From assembly GCA_963662335.2 (NCBI GenBank), contig CAXXVD010000002.1:320001-384000 (forward strand): DNA of 64,000 nt. The letters run 5' to 3'. This DNA comes from Chloroflexota bacterium. Its GTDB lineage: Bacteria; Chloroflexota; UBA11872; VXOZ01. The notes below the pieces were generated by a model that saw only the letters and a program-made list of their open reading frames with translations, ran no database searches and was not told the DNA's origin. The translations under genes and the position numbers were made by a program. Numbering within the stretch: position 1 is the stretch's first letter; every line of letters begins with the position of its first letter. This document shows, piece after piece, positions 30,691 to 38,716 of this stretch.

Positions 30691-31086
30691 ATGCAAGATG
30701 ACTCGTGGCCGATTTGGAGCATTAGCAAACGTGCCAGGTGGTTTTACTTTGGGTCGCTGTTCGTAGTTCTTGCTGTAGCCGTCTACATAAGCTGGAGAGA
30801 GTCGTCAACTTTCTTGGAGTTGTGGAGTAGAGTCTCGAACCTCACCCTATTGTCGGTGGTGGTAGCTCTATACGTCTCCGAGGTTCTAGGTGGAGGGTAC
30901 AGAGTGCTTGCCTCATTGTGGGAAGATTGGTGGCAAAAGAGAAAAGAGAAACAGCGCAAGCAGGCCGAGAACGAAATCGAGCAGGCTGGCGCGCAAAGGG
31001 TTCTTGCAAGAGCCAACGATCATGAACAACCGGACACTACAGATGGGGACGTGGGCAATGAATCAGCAGTCCAAGATGATGGCTAG
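30691..31086 (+). CDS. Hypothetical two-TM membrane protein with charged C-tail
   Basis: Two hydrophobic helices followed by a KRKEKQRKQ segment; lower GC. Confidence 0.55.
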   Translation: MQDDSWPIWSISKRARWFYFGSLFVVLAVAVYISWRESSTFLELWSRVSNLTLLSVVVALYVSEVLGGGYRVLASLWEDWWQKRKEKQRKQAENEIEQAGAQRVLARANDHEQPDTTDGDVGNESAVQDDG

Positions 31087-31091
31087 CTACA

Positions 31092-31424
31092 ATGTCTGAC
31101 ACTGTTACTCTCTACGGCATATCCGGAACACCCTATCGCTATTGGATTGCGTCGATTAAGGCCTCCGCTTTCAAGGCAAAGCCGGGCAACTATGCATTTG
31201 CCAGGCTGACCCGGCGTAATGAATACTACGTCATATACGTGGGCGAGACTGCGGACTTCTCTACGCGATTCTATGGTCACCACGTGGCGCCATGTCTCAG
31301 AGCAAACGACGCCACGCACATTCTCACGCATACCAACTCGGAGGATAGGAGTGTGCGGGAACGCGAAGTGCTAGACTTGATCCCCGCACTCAGCCCACCA
31401 TGCAATAGTCTCCTAGACCCGTAA
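31092..31424 (+). CDS. Minimal GIY-YIG-like nuclease-domain protein
   Basis: PGNYAF...IYVGET..FSTRFYGHH...E.LDLI..LSPPCN pattern. Confidence 0.65.
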   Translation: MSDTVTLYGISGTPYRYWIASIKASAFKAKPGNYAFARLTRRNEYYVIYVGETADFSTRFYGHHVAPCLRANDATHILTHTNSEDRSVREREVLDLIPALSPPCNSLLDP

Positions 31425-31610
31425 AGGAAACTCGATGGAGGAACTGCGCAAAATGCCGCCAACTTGATTGTGTTGAATCTGGACTCGGCAACACGCTCTA
31501 GTTCAAAATAGAGGCGGCTCTAACTTTGGCGCGAGAGTCCAACTGCAAGATCACCGCAGTCGATGCCAAACTTAACCGCTCTTGACACACAGCAAGAAGG
31601 AGAGTGCCCT

Positions 31611-32390
31611 ATGGCAACCGCGCAACTGGTGACCCTGGCCCCGGAGCAGAAGCAGTTCTTCGATGACAACGGCTATCTGGTTTTGGAGGGCCTGTACGAC
31701 GCCGCTGAGATGGAAGAGATGCGGCGGGAGTTTCATGACCTCATCACCAATACCGACGGCCGCGCCGCGGCCATACGCTACAACTTCATGGAGCAGGCGG
31801 AGGGGTATCCCATCGACCCCTACAACCCCAAGAACGTGCAGGGCATCATGGACCAGCCGCTGGCGAGCGACTACTGGTTCAACAACGTCACCGATCCCCG
31901 CATCGTGAACGTCTTCATCGACCTCTTCGGCCCGGACATCGACTTTCACAACGGCAAGGTGCGCAACAACCCGCCGGGCTTCACCAATACCCAGGGCTGG
32001 CACCAGGACTGGCCCTACGAGCGCCACAGTAAGTCCGACTTGGCGGCGGCGATCATCTACCTGGATGCCAACGACGTCGATCAGGGCGCGACTACGGTGC
32101 TGCCCGGCAGCCACTTGATGGGCGAGTGGGAGACGTTTCACGGCCATCAGGTGGCCGACGAGAAGGTAGCGGACTACGACCCGGTGCCCATGATCGCCAA
32201 GCCCGGCGACGTGCTCTTCATCCACGTGATGGTGCTGCACACCGCCGGCAATAATTACTCGCACACCTCGCGCCACAAGGTCATCAACGAGTATAAGAGC
32301 AAAGAAGCCATCGATCAGTGGGGCAACAAGTGCGCCTTCGCCGGCATGCCGGTGGCGCGCGGCGGCCGGGTGTGCGTACCGCAGATCTAG
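31611..32390 (+). CDS. Phytanoyl-CoA dioxygenase (PhyH) family Fe(II)/2OG oxygenase
   Basis: FFDDNGYL, WHQDW, LPGSH and PGDVLFIH..LH motifs; AAGGAG RBS. Confidence 0.9.
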   Translation: MATAQLVTLAPEQKQFFDDNGYLVLEGLYDAAEMEEMRREFHDLITNTDGRAAAIRYNFMEQAEGYPIDPYNPKNVQGIMDQPLASDYWFNNVTDPRIVNVFIDLFGPDIDFHNGKVRNNPPGFTNTQGWHQDWPYERHSKSDLAAAIIYLDANDVDQGATTVLPGSHLMGEWETFHGHQVADEKVADYDPVPMIAKPGDVLFIHVMVLHTAGNNYSHTSRHKVINEYKSKEAIDQWGNKCAFAGMPVARGGRVCVPQI

Positions 32391-32438
32391 CGTGGCGCGC
32401 AGGCCCATAAGCCCGGCTCGGTCGCACTAGGCACACCT

Positions 32439-34358
32439 ATGGCACAGGCACTCCCAACCCCGCGTCTTTTCGACAACACCTCCGACTGGTTCCCCATCAA
32501 CCGCGCGTGGCAATTCGCGCCGCCGGCGGACATACATGGGGAGATGTCGCCCAACGAGGTGCAAGCCGCCAGCGGGCATACCTTTGTGGCCGCGCTCACT
32601 CTGGGGCCGGCGCTCACGCTGCCCACCGGCGCGCACCTCACCCTGGAAGTGCCGAGCACGTGGGAGTGCCATCTGGGCAATCCTTACCCGCGCGGCTTGA
32701 AGACCGTGGGCAGCCGCGACAAGAGCCAGATTCGCAAGGTTGGCTACGGCGCGTTCACCGACGTAGAGTGCTCGCGGCCCGGCGTGACGCTGGCCCTTGC
32801 CGCCTCGTGGGGGCGGCACATGGACCTGGTGGACGTGGTGGTGCAGGCCGGCGAACTGGGCCCGGGTGACGCCGTGCGCATCATCCTGGGGCCGCCGGAC
32901 GGCAACCTGGTGCAAGCGCAGCGCTACGCACAGGTGGCCATCTTCACGGTGGGCGTGGACAGAGAAGGCGACGGCGCGTACCGCCGCGCCGCCACGCATC
33001 CAACCGTCCGCGTGGTTGGCGCGCACGCCGAGCGCTTCAAGGTGTTTGCGCCCGCGGTCGTCGCTCCCGGAGAGGACTTCGCCATCCGCGTGCTGCCGGT
33101 GGACGGCTACAGCTACAATGCGGCCACCGGCTATCGGGGAGAGGCCCACACCATTGCCACCGGCGGCTTGGATGTTCCAGGCAGCGTGGCGCTCGACCAG
33201 TCGGCGGCGCCGGCCGGCGCGGCCATCTCCGCGCAGGCAACGAGCGCGGGCATCCACCGCGTCACGGTAGTTGATCCAGATACCGGCATCGCCGGCAAGA
33301 GCAATCCCATTGGCGCGGGGTTCTTGCCTGATCGCAACGTCTACTTTGGCGAGATGCACAGCCAGATGTGGCACAGCCAGGGTACCGGCACGACGGCGGA
33401 GTTCTTCCAATGGGGGCGCGACGTGGCCGGTCTCGACTTCTGCGCGCCGGCCAACCACTACAAGATGCGCTTCGAGATCGTGGATGACGTCTGGCGGGAA
33501 GTGGTGGACACGTCGAACGCTCTCAACGCTCCCCACGAGTTCGTCACGCTGGTCAGCCACGAGTGGGGCACCGGCAACCCCAACGGCCACAAGAACATCT
33601 ATCATCGCGGCGATAGCGCCGAGTTCATCTGCTCGTTCGGGCCGGGCGGCATGACGCCGGACGAGCTTTGGTCAATCCTGGAAGGCCGCGACGCGCTGAC
33701 CATCCCCCACCACACCAAGTTCGGCAACGTCACCAACTGGGACTACCGCAACGATACCCACCAACGCCTGGTGGAGATCTGCTCCAGTTGGGGCATCTCG
33801 GAGACCGGCGGGCCGCACAGCGTGCAGCGGGCGCTGGCCATGGGACACCGGCTCGGCTTCATCGGCGGCACCGATTCCCACCACGGCCTGGCGAACCAGG
33901 GCAGCTTCTTCGTGGACGACGGCAACGGCCTCGCCTGCGTGATGGCACGCGAATTGACCCGCGACGCCGTCTGGCAGGCGCTCCACGAGCGGCGCTGCTA
34001 CGCCACCACCGGCGACCGCATCCTGCTGGACTTCACACTGGACGGCGCGCCGATGGGTTCCGACCTCGCCGTCGACCTGGAGGATTACGGCCCCCGGCAT
34101 TTCACCATCCGGGTCGCGGGCACGTACCCCATCGACTCAATCGAATTGGTGCAGAACAACGAGGTAGTTCTAACGGTGCATCCCGCCAGCGACGTCTGGG
34201 AAGCCGGATTTACCGATTACCAACCCCTGGCGGAACTGGCGCTGCAACCCACGTTCCCCAACGACCGCCCCTTCGTCTTCTACTACCTCCGCGTCACCCA
34301 GGACAACCGCCAAATGGCCTGGTCGAGTCCAATTTGGCTCACAAGCCGGTCACGCTAG
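32439..34358 (+). CDS. DUF3604 / CehA-McbA-like metallohydrolase
   Basis: YFGEMHSQ, LDFCAPANH, HEW, GHKNI, IPHH, EICSSWG, GTDSH, YATTG, YYLRVTQ and AWSSPIW. Confidence 0.85.
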   Translation: MAQALPTPRLFDNTSDWFPINRAWQFAPPADIHGEMSPNEVQAASGHTFVAALTLGPALTLPTGAHLTLEVPSTWECHLGNPYPRGLKTVGSRDKSQIRKVGYGAFTDVECSRPGVTLALAASWGRHMDLVDVVVQAGELGPGDAVRIILGPPDGNLVQAQRYAQVAIFTVGVDREGDGAYRRAATHPTVRVVGAHAERFKVFAPAVVAPGEDFAIRVLPVDGYSYNAATGYRGEAHTIATGGLDVPGSVALDQSAAPAGAAISAQATSAGIHRVTVVDPDTGIAGKSNPIGAGFLPDRNVYFGEMHSQMWHSQGTGTTAEFFQWGRDVAGLDFCAPANHYKMRFEIVDDVWREVVDTSNALNAPHEFVTLVSHEWGTGNPNGHKNIYHRGDSAEFICSFGPGGMTPDELWSILEGRDALTIPHHTKFGNVTNWDYRNDTHQRLVEICSSWGISETGGPHSVQRALAMGHRLGFIGGTDSHHGLANQGSFFVDDGNGLACVMARELTRDAVWQALHERRCYATTGDRILLDFTLDGAPMGSDLAVDLEDYGPRHFTIRVAGTYPIDSIELVQNNEVVLTVHPASDVWEAGFTDYQPLAELALQPTFPNDRPFVFYYLRVTQDNRQMAWSSPIWLTSRSR

Positions 34359-34407
34359 CCCAGCGGAAAGCGGTTAAGCAGAATACCCGCGGCGCTACGC
34401 AGGCCGC

Positions 34408-34650
34408 TCAAACTCTCGTGGAACCTCGGAGCTTGCCGCCCGGGGGTTTGCGCGAGGTTCTGACAATAGGCGGCCTCTCCCTGGGTCCAGTGCCGCGCTT
34501 GACAGGGATACGCCACTCAAACCTCATCTTGGCAGGGCGCTCTTTTGGCAATCCTTCGTCTTGGTGAAGGCATTCCTCGTTGCCTTTGTCGCCACTTGCC
34601 ACTGTAGCCTTCTTACGCAAACGTTTTAGGGCTTTGCTCAAGAATGTCAT
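34408..34650 (-). CDS. Small basic Pro-rich peptide, GTGP-PP-KPPG motif (copy 2)
   Basis: 80 aa; contains VKRGTGPRERPPIVRTSRKPPGG; ATG overlaps the upstream TGA (ATGA). Confidence 0.5.
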   Translation of the reverse strand: MTFLSKALKRLRKKATVASGDKGNEECLHQDEGLPKERPAKMRFEWRIPVKRGTGPRERPPIVRTSRKPPGGKLRGSTRV

Positions 34651-34810
34651 GGTGTGTTGTTTTCACCCAGCCCTTGGCAGTCCGCGCCTCCGGCGAGCGT
34701 GTGCAAATGGGAGTGCGTTCTAACCGCTTCTACAATTTCGGACACAAGATAACCAAAGGTCTCCGGGTGTCTCTCACCCGGCTCCAAGACTAACTGAAAC
34801 TCTGGAAAGA
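34647..34810 (-). pseudogene. C-terminal remnant paralogous to the 35095-35736 membrane protein
   Basis: VLEPGERHPETFGYLVSEIVEAV..HSHLH aligns with IIEPDESHPETCEFIVSKEVKSV..YTYFH. Confidence 0.55.
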
Positions 34811-34906
34811 AGATGATCCCAGGCAAGTCACCATATCGTCCAGAGAGCCTCTGCGCAAGCCCGAGGCATGGAGGCAAAGGAGGAAACGCTACACGCCTGA
34901 CCGCAG

Positions 34907-35065
34907 TTACTTGGACGGCTTCGACTGTTGTGGAGGATTAGGCGTGGTCTTGGGCTTGATCGCTCCCGGGGGTTTCCCAGAGAAATCGGCTTTGGGAGGC
35001 GCGTTCTTTGGCCCCGTCCCCTTAATGACAACCTCTGGTCTCTTTTCTTTGTCGCTGGTAGGCAT
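34907..35065 (-). CDS. Small basic Pro-rich peptide, GTGP-PP-KPPG motif (copy 1, 52 aa)
   Basis: Not in the ORF track. MPTSDKEKRPEVVIKGTGPKNAPPKADFSGKPPGAIKPKTTPNPPQQSKPSK*, with a GGAGG RBS, 29 nt after the upstream stop. Confidence 0.6.
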   Translation of the reverse strand: MPTSDKEKRPEVVIKGTGPKNAPPKADFSGKPPGAIKPKTTPNPPQQSKPSK

Positions 35066-35094
35066 TGCGTCCTCCATCCACTGAAACTGTGCCC

Positions 35095-35736
35095 TTACGC
35101 TTCCATAATATCGTGGACTGTCGTTGCATGCCAGCCTTCGGCAGCTTGTGCGCCCGGCGAGAATCTCGAATTATGGAAATAAGTGTATATGACGACTGAC
35201 TTTACCTCCTTCGACACGATAAACTCACATGTCTCTGGGTGCGATTCATCCGGTTCAATGATCGTCTCATTCTTTTCCCAATTGCGCCGCACCTGTTCAA
35301 GGGTAGGCCACTGAATAGCAGTCTGCTCTCCGTCGGCAAACACTTCGGCATAGAGCGCCTCAAGGTCTTCGTCCGACACTGGCGTAACCTGCTGCAACCA
35401 ATAAAGGCCTTCGCGCAACTCAATGTGCACTTTCGAGCTGTTGTGCAGCACGGCGGTCACGGCGATGTGGACGTAGCTGTCGCCGACGGGGCGGTGGGAG
35501 ACCTCGTGGGTGATCGTCAGGTGCGGCTCGGATTCGCGGAACTCCTGCCACTTGTGCCAGGCGAAGAGTCCACCGGCGATAATGGCAATAATGGTGAATA
35601 GCGACTGGGTAATCTCGACGGATTCCCTGAAATTCTCGATGCGCAAAGCAGCAAGAGACGCAGCCAGGATGATGAGGCACAGCCCGACCACGACCGCGAG
35701 GACTGTGGCGACAAGGCTGGTGTTTAGCTTGCCCAT
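35095..35736 (-). CDS. Hypothetical protein: two N-terminal TM helices plus a beta-rich soluble domain
   Basis: 213-aa ORF with GAGGA RBS; two TM segments, then alternating beta-strand patterns. Confidence 0.75.
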   Translation of the reverse strand: MGKLNTSLVATVLAVVVGLCLIILAASLAALRIENFRESVEITQSLFTIIAIIAGGLFAWHKWQEFRESEPHLTITHEVSHRPVGDSYVHIAVTAVLHNSSKVHIELREGLYWLQQVTPVSDEDLEALYAEVFADGEQTAIQWPTLEQVRRNWEKNETIIEPDESHPETCEFIVSKEVKSVVIYTYFHNSRFSPGAQAAEGWHATTVHDIMEA

Positions 35737-35977
35737 GCGAATCCTCTTCCTGGCAATCTAGCCAAACAGCCTTTCCCATCTATCATGCCGGCGTTGCTGG
35801 TTCTGGCCCCTGTTGCCAGCAGTCTAGAGTCTGTGGCTAAGAAGTGGATCAATCCAAATACCCTACTTCAAGTCTTAGCAGCAGACAAGCTCTGAGTTCT
35901 ATTCTAAATGCGGCTCTTGGCCTGAGTCACTCCCACATGGTAGCGTAGAGAGAAGAGGGTCCCCACGCAGAGTCAAA

Positions 35978-37219
35978 GTGAGGCAGATTGAATACATGAA
36001 TACTCTCCAAGAAACGCTCATTTCTGTACTGGATGGCACTTGCGAACCTCAAGAATTGTTGCCCAGCTTGGTTATCCCTCAACTGCGAGAATGGGGGATA
36101 CATTTGAGCGACTCCGAAAGAACCCAACTCGAAGATGAATTCCAGAAGATCACTCTCGAGGCAGCAACGTTGAACTTAACGAATTTCAGGTTCTTGGATT
36201 CGACCGAGTCTCGACTCATCACTGCTGAGAATCGCATGCCTATTGCCAAGAAGACTCTCATGTATGTGCTGGGTCTAGCCATGGCCGAGAAAACCAGGAA
36301 TCTGGTGGAGGGCTTGGAGGGGCACGCTACCTCAATACTTAGCGATGAGCGTGAACAACAGTTGCAACTCGAACAGAGAGTGAGTGAAGAGTGGCAAGAA
36401 CCGCTTGATCTCCTTGGTGTGCACATTGCACTAGCCAAAGGGGTTAGGTCGCTCTTCGATGACCAAGTACTTAGTAACGCCGCCCACTCAGGCGACTTAG
36501 TGTTCCCAGTTCTTGCAAACCTACATGCAAGAGCGTGCCAAGTTTCATCTGAGATTCTCGTTCTGTTGCGTTTCGGCCTTAGCGAAGGGGCATTCGCGCG
36601 CTGGCGTACGCTCTATGAGCTATCGGCTGTGAGCCAGTTCATTAAGAAGAACGGCAAGGAAGTTGCAGAAAGATACCTGTTCCATAATCCGCTAGAGCGC
36701 AGCAAGTTAGCGCGCCAATACCTGCAAGATATAGACCCAGGCAACTCGAGCAATCTTCCCCAGGAGTTCGTCGAAGACCTCGCGGCCCTCCAGGGTTCAC
36801 TTGTGAAGAAATACGGCAAGGAGTTTGAAAGAGACTACGGTTGGGCGGCACCTGAACTGAAGGGCACTCCCAATCTTCGCAGAATCGCGGAAAGTGTCGG
36901 CCTAGGCAGTTCGTATTCCGCTTACAAGCTAGCAAGCAGCAGCATACATGCAAGTGCCCTGAGAAGCTTTCAGTCTTCAGTACCAGGAGATCCATTGGGA
37001 AGAGCAGAGCACGCTGTCCCAAGCTCTATTGACCTAAAGTCGCCTGGCTACCACTGCGCAAGGTCCCTGGAGGAGATCACCACCACACTACTCAAGTCCC
37101 AACCGGGGCTGGACGATGGTGCCACACTCAAGCGCGGGGCAATTATCAGGTCTCTGTACAAGCTCGCGAGTGATGTTCTTAAGGCGTTTGATAGAGTTGA
37201 GAGCAAGGTCGAATTCTAA
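35978..37219 (+). CDS. DUF5677-domain protein (copy 1)
   Basis: LHARACQVSSEILVLL..G..EGAFARWRTLYE, DYGWAA and YKLASSSIH; low GC. Confidence 0.75.
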   Translation: MRQIEYMNTLQETLISVLDGTCEPQELLPSLVIPQLREWGIHLSDSERTQLEDEFQKITLEAATLNLTNFRFLDSTESRLITAENRMPIAKKTLMYVLGLAMAEKTRNLVEGLEGHATSILSDEREQQLQLEQRVSEEWQEPLDLLGVHIALAKGVRSLFDDQVLSNAAHSGDLVFPVLANLHARACQVSSEILVLLRFGLSEGAFARWRTLYELSAVSQFIKKNGKEVAERYLFHNPLERSKLARQYLQDIDPGNSSNLPQEFVEDLAALQGSLVKKYGKEFERDYGWAAPELKGTPNLRRIAESVGLGSSYSAYKLASSSIHASALRSFQSSVPGDPLGRAEHAVPSSIDLKSPGYHCARSLEEITTTLLKSQPGLDDGATLKRGAIIRSLYKLASDVLKAFDRVESKVEF

Positions 37220-37395
37220 TTCGAGCCTGATTGCAGACGTCAGGTTGGCAACTACTTTCTCCTCTGTCGGACATCAGGTCTGCATTCAGATCGAGTACAT
37301 CAGCGAATGTCTTTGACACAGACATGCTTTTGCATGTTTGCGTAGAGTAATGTACACATAATCTACGCGAGGCCAGCTTTGGGAGGGTTGAACTG

Positions 37396-38682
37396 GTGAA
37401 TAGGCTGCAAGAACTGTTCGATGCTACCTTGGAGGAGTGCCTAGACCTTCAAGGGTTTGCCTTAGATGCAATAGTCAACAAGCTTCAAGAGCATGGGATT
37501 ACATTGAGTGAGGCAGGGAAGCAGCGTATTGAGCAACAGCTAGAGGAATCTGACTGGGCAAGAAGCAGTTTAGTCTTGGAAGATGAGGACATCGACACCA
37601 ACAAGAGCAAGATTACTCCAGATGAGCACATTTCCCTAGATTTCACCGATGCCAACACTGCGAAGTATTTGGATGAAGTAAAAGCGATAGTAGCCGACAT
37701 AGTCCCAAGTGTGAGTGAGTCGACTGCCGAAGACATGCTAGTAACGATCAAGCGGGATGCTCCCTCTATGTTAAGGGAACAGCGCCGGGAGCAACGGCTA
37801 TTTGAAAAGAGGATCCGAAAACGTTGGAACAAGCCACTTGACCTCCTTGAACTCTTCATCTCGATAGCTGTGGAGGCAGGGTCCGACTTTAACAGCGAAT
37901 CGCGCAAAGACGGTAAGCGGTTAGGCGATGCGAAGTTCGAGGCACTTACACGGCTGCACGCGAGAGCATGTCAAGTTTCATCGGAAATCCTCGTTCTTTT
38001 GTGCTCCGGCTATGCAGACGGAGCGCATGCTCGCTGGCGCACTCTGTACGAGATTGCAGTGGTTAGTTCCTTCATTAGGGAAAAAGACCAAGTCTTGGCT
38101 GAAAGGTACCTTCGTCACGAGATCATTCAGCAATATAAGCTAGCATGTCAGCACCAAATATACGAGGAACGACTCAATGCCACACCGCTTTCACAGCAGG
38201 AATTCGACGAATTGAAGGCAATCCGAGACCAAAGAATAGACCAATATGGAGATGCCTTCAAGACTGACTACGGCTGGGCGGCATCAACATTAGGGGTTGG
38301 CAAGCCCAACCTGATTGACGTTGCTAAGTATGTGAAACTTGATCATATGATCCCCTACTACAAGATGGCAAGTGATAACGTACATGCGCACTCGCACGGC
38401 GCTTCCTATAGGTTAGGCTCAAGCCTGCACCCCAAGAAGATACTCTTGGCGGGACCAAGCATCATGGGTCTTGCCGATCCTGGGCATTCAACTGCCATTT
38501 CACTTAACCAAGTGACTGTGAGTCTGCTTACCACTAGCCCGAACCTTGATTGCCTAGTGGCCCTAAAGATCCTCATGAAATTGCTGGATGAGATTGGGGA
38601 CGCATTCCTTCAAGTGCACCGAGAGCTTGAAAGCCTAGCTGAGGCTCAAGTTGGCGACAATGGTCAAGAGCTTGACCAATAG
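37396..38682 (+). CDS. DUF5677-domain protein (copy 2)
   Basis: LHARACQVSSEILVLL..GYADGAHARWRTLYE, DYGWAA, YKMASDNVH and AGPS..GLADPG; GGGAGG RBS. Confidence 0.8.
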   Translation: MNRLQELFDATLEECLDLQGFALDAIVNKLQEHGITLSEAGKQRIEQQLEESDWARSSLVLEDEDIDTNKSKITPDEHISLDFTDANTAKYLDEVKAIVADIVPSVSESTAEDMLVTIKRDAPSMLREQRREQRLFEKRIRKRWNKPLDLLELFISIAVEAGSDFNSESRKDGKRLGDAKFEALTRLHARACQVSSEILVLLCSGYADGAHARWRTLYEIAVVSSFIREKDQVLAERYLRHEIIQQYKLACQHQIYEERLNATPLSQQEFDELKAIRDQRIDQYGDAFKTDYGWAASTLGVGKPNLIDVAKYVKLDHMIPYYKMASDNVHAHSHGASYRLGSSLHPKKILLAGPSIMGLADPGHSTAISLNQVTVSLLTTSPNLDCLVALKILMKLLDEIGDAFLQVHRELESLAEAQVGDNGQELDQ

Positions 38683-38716
38683 ATTCTGCCATGTATCGCA
38701 ATTGCTATCGTCAACG

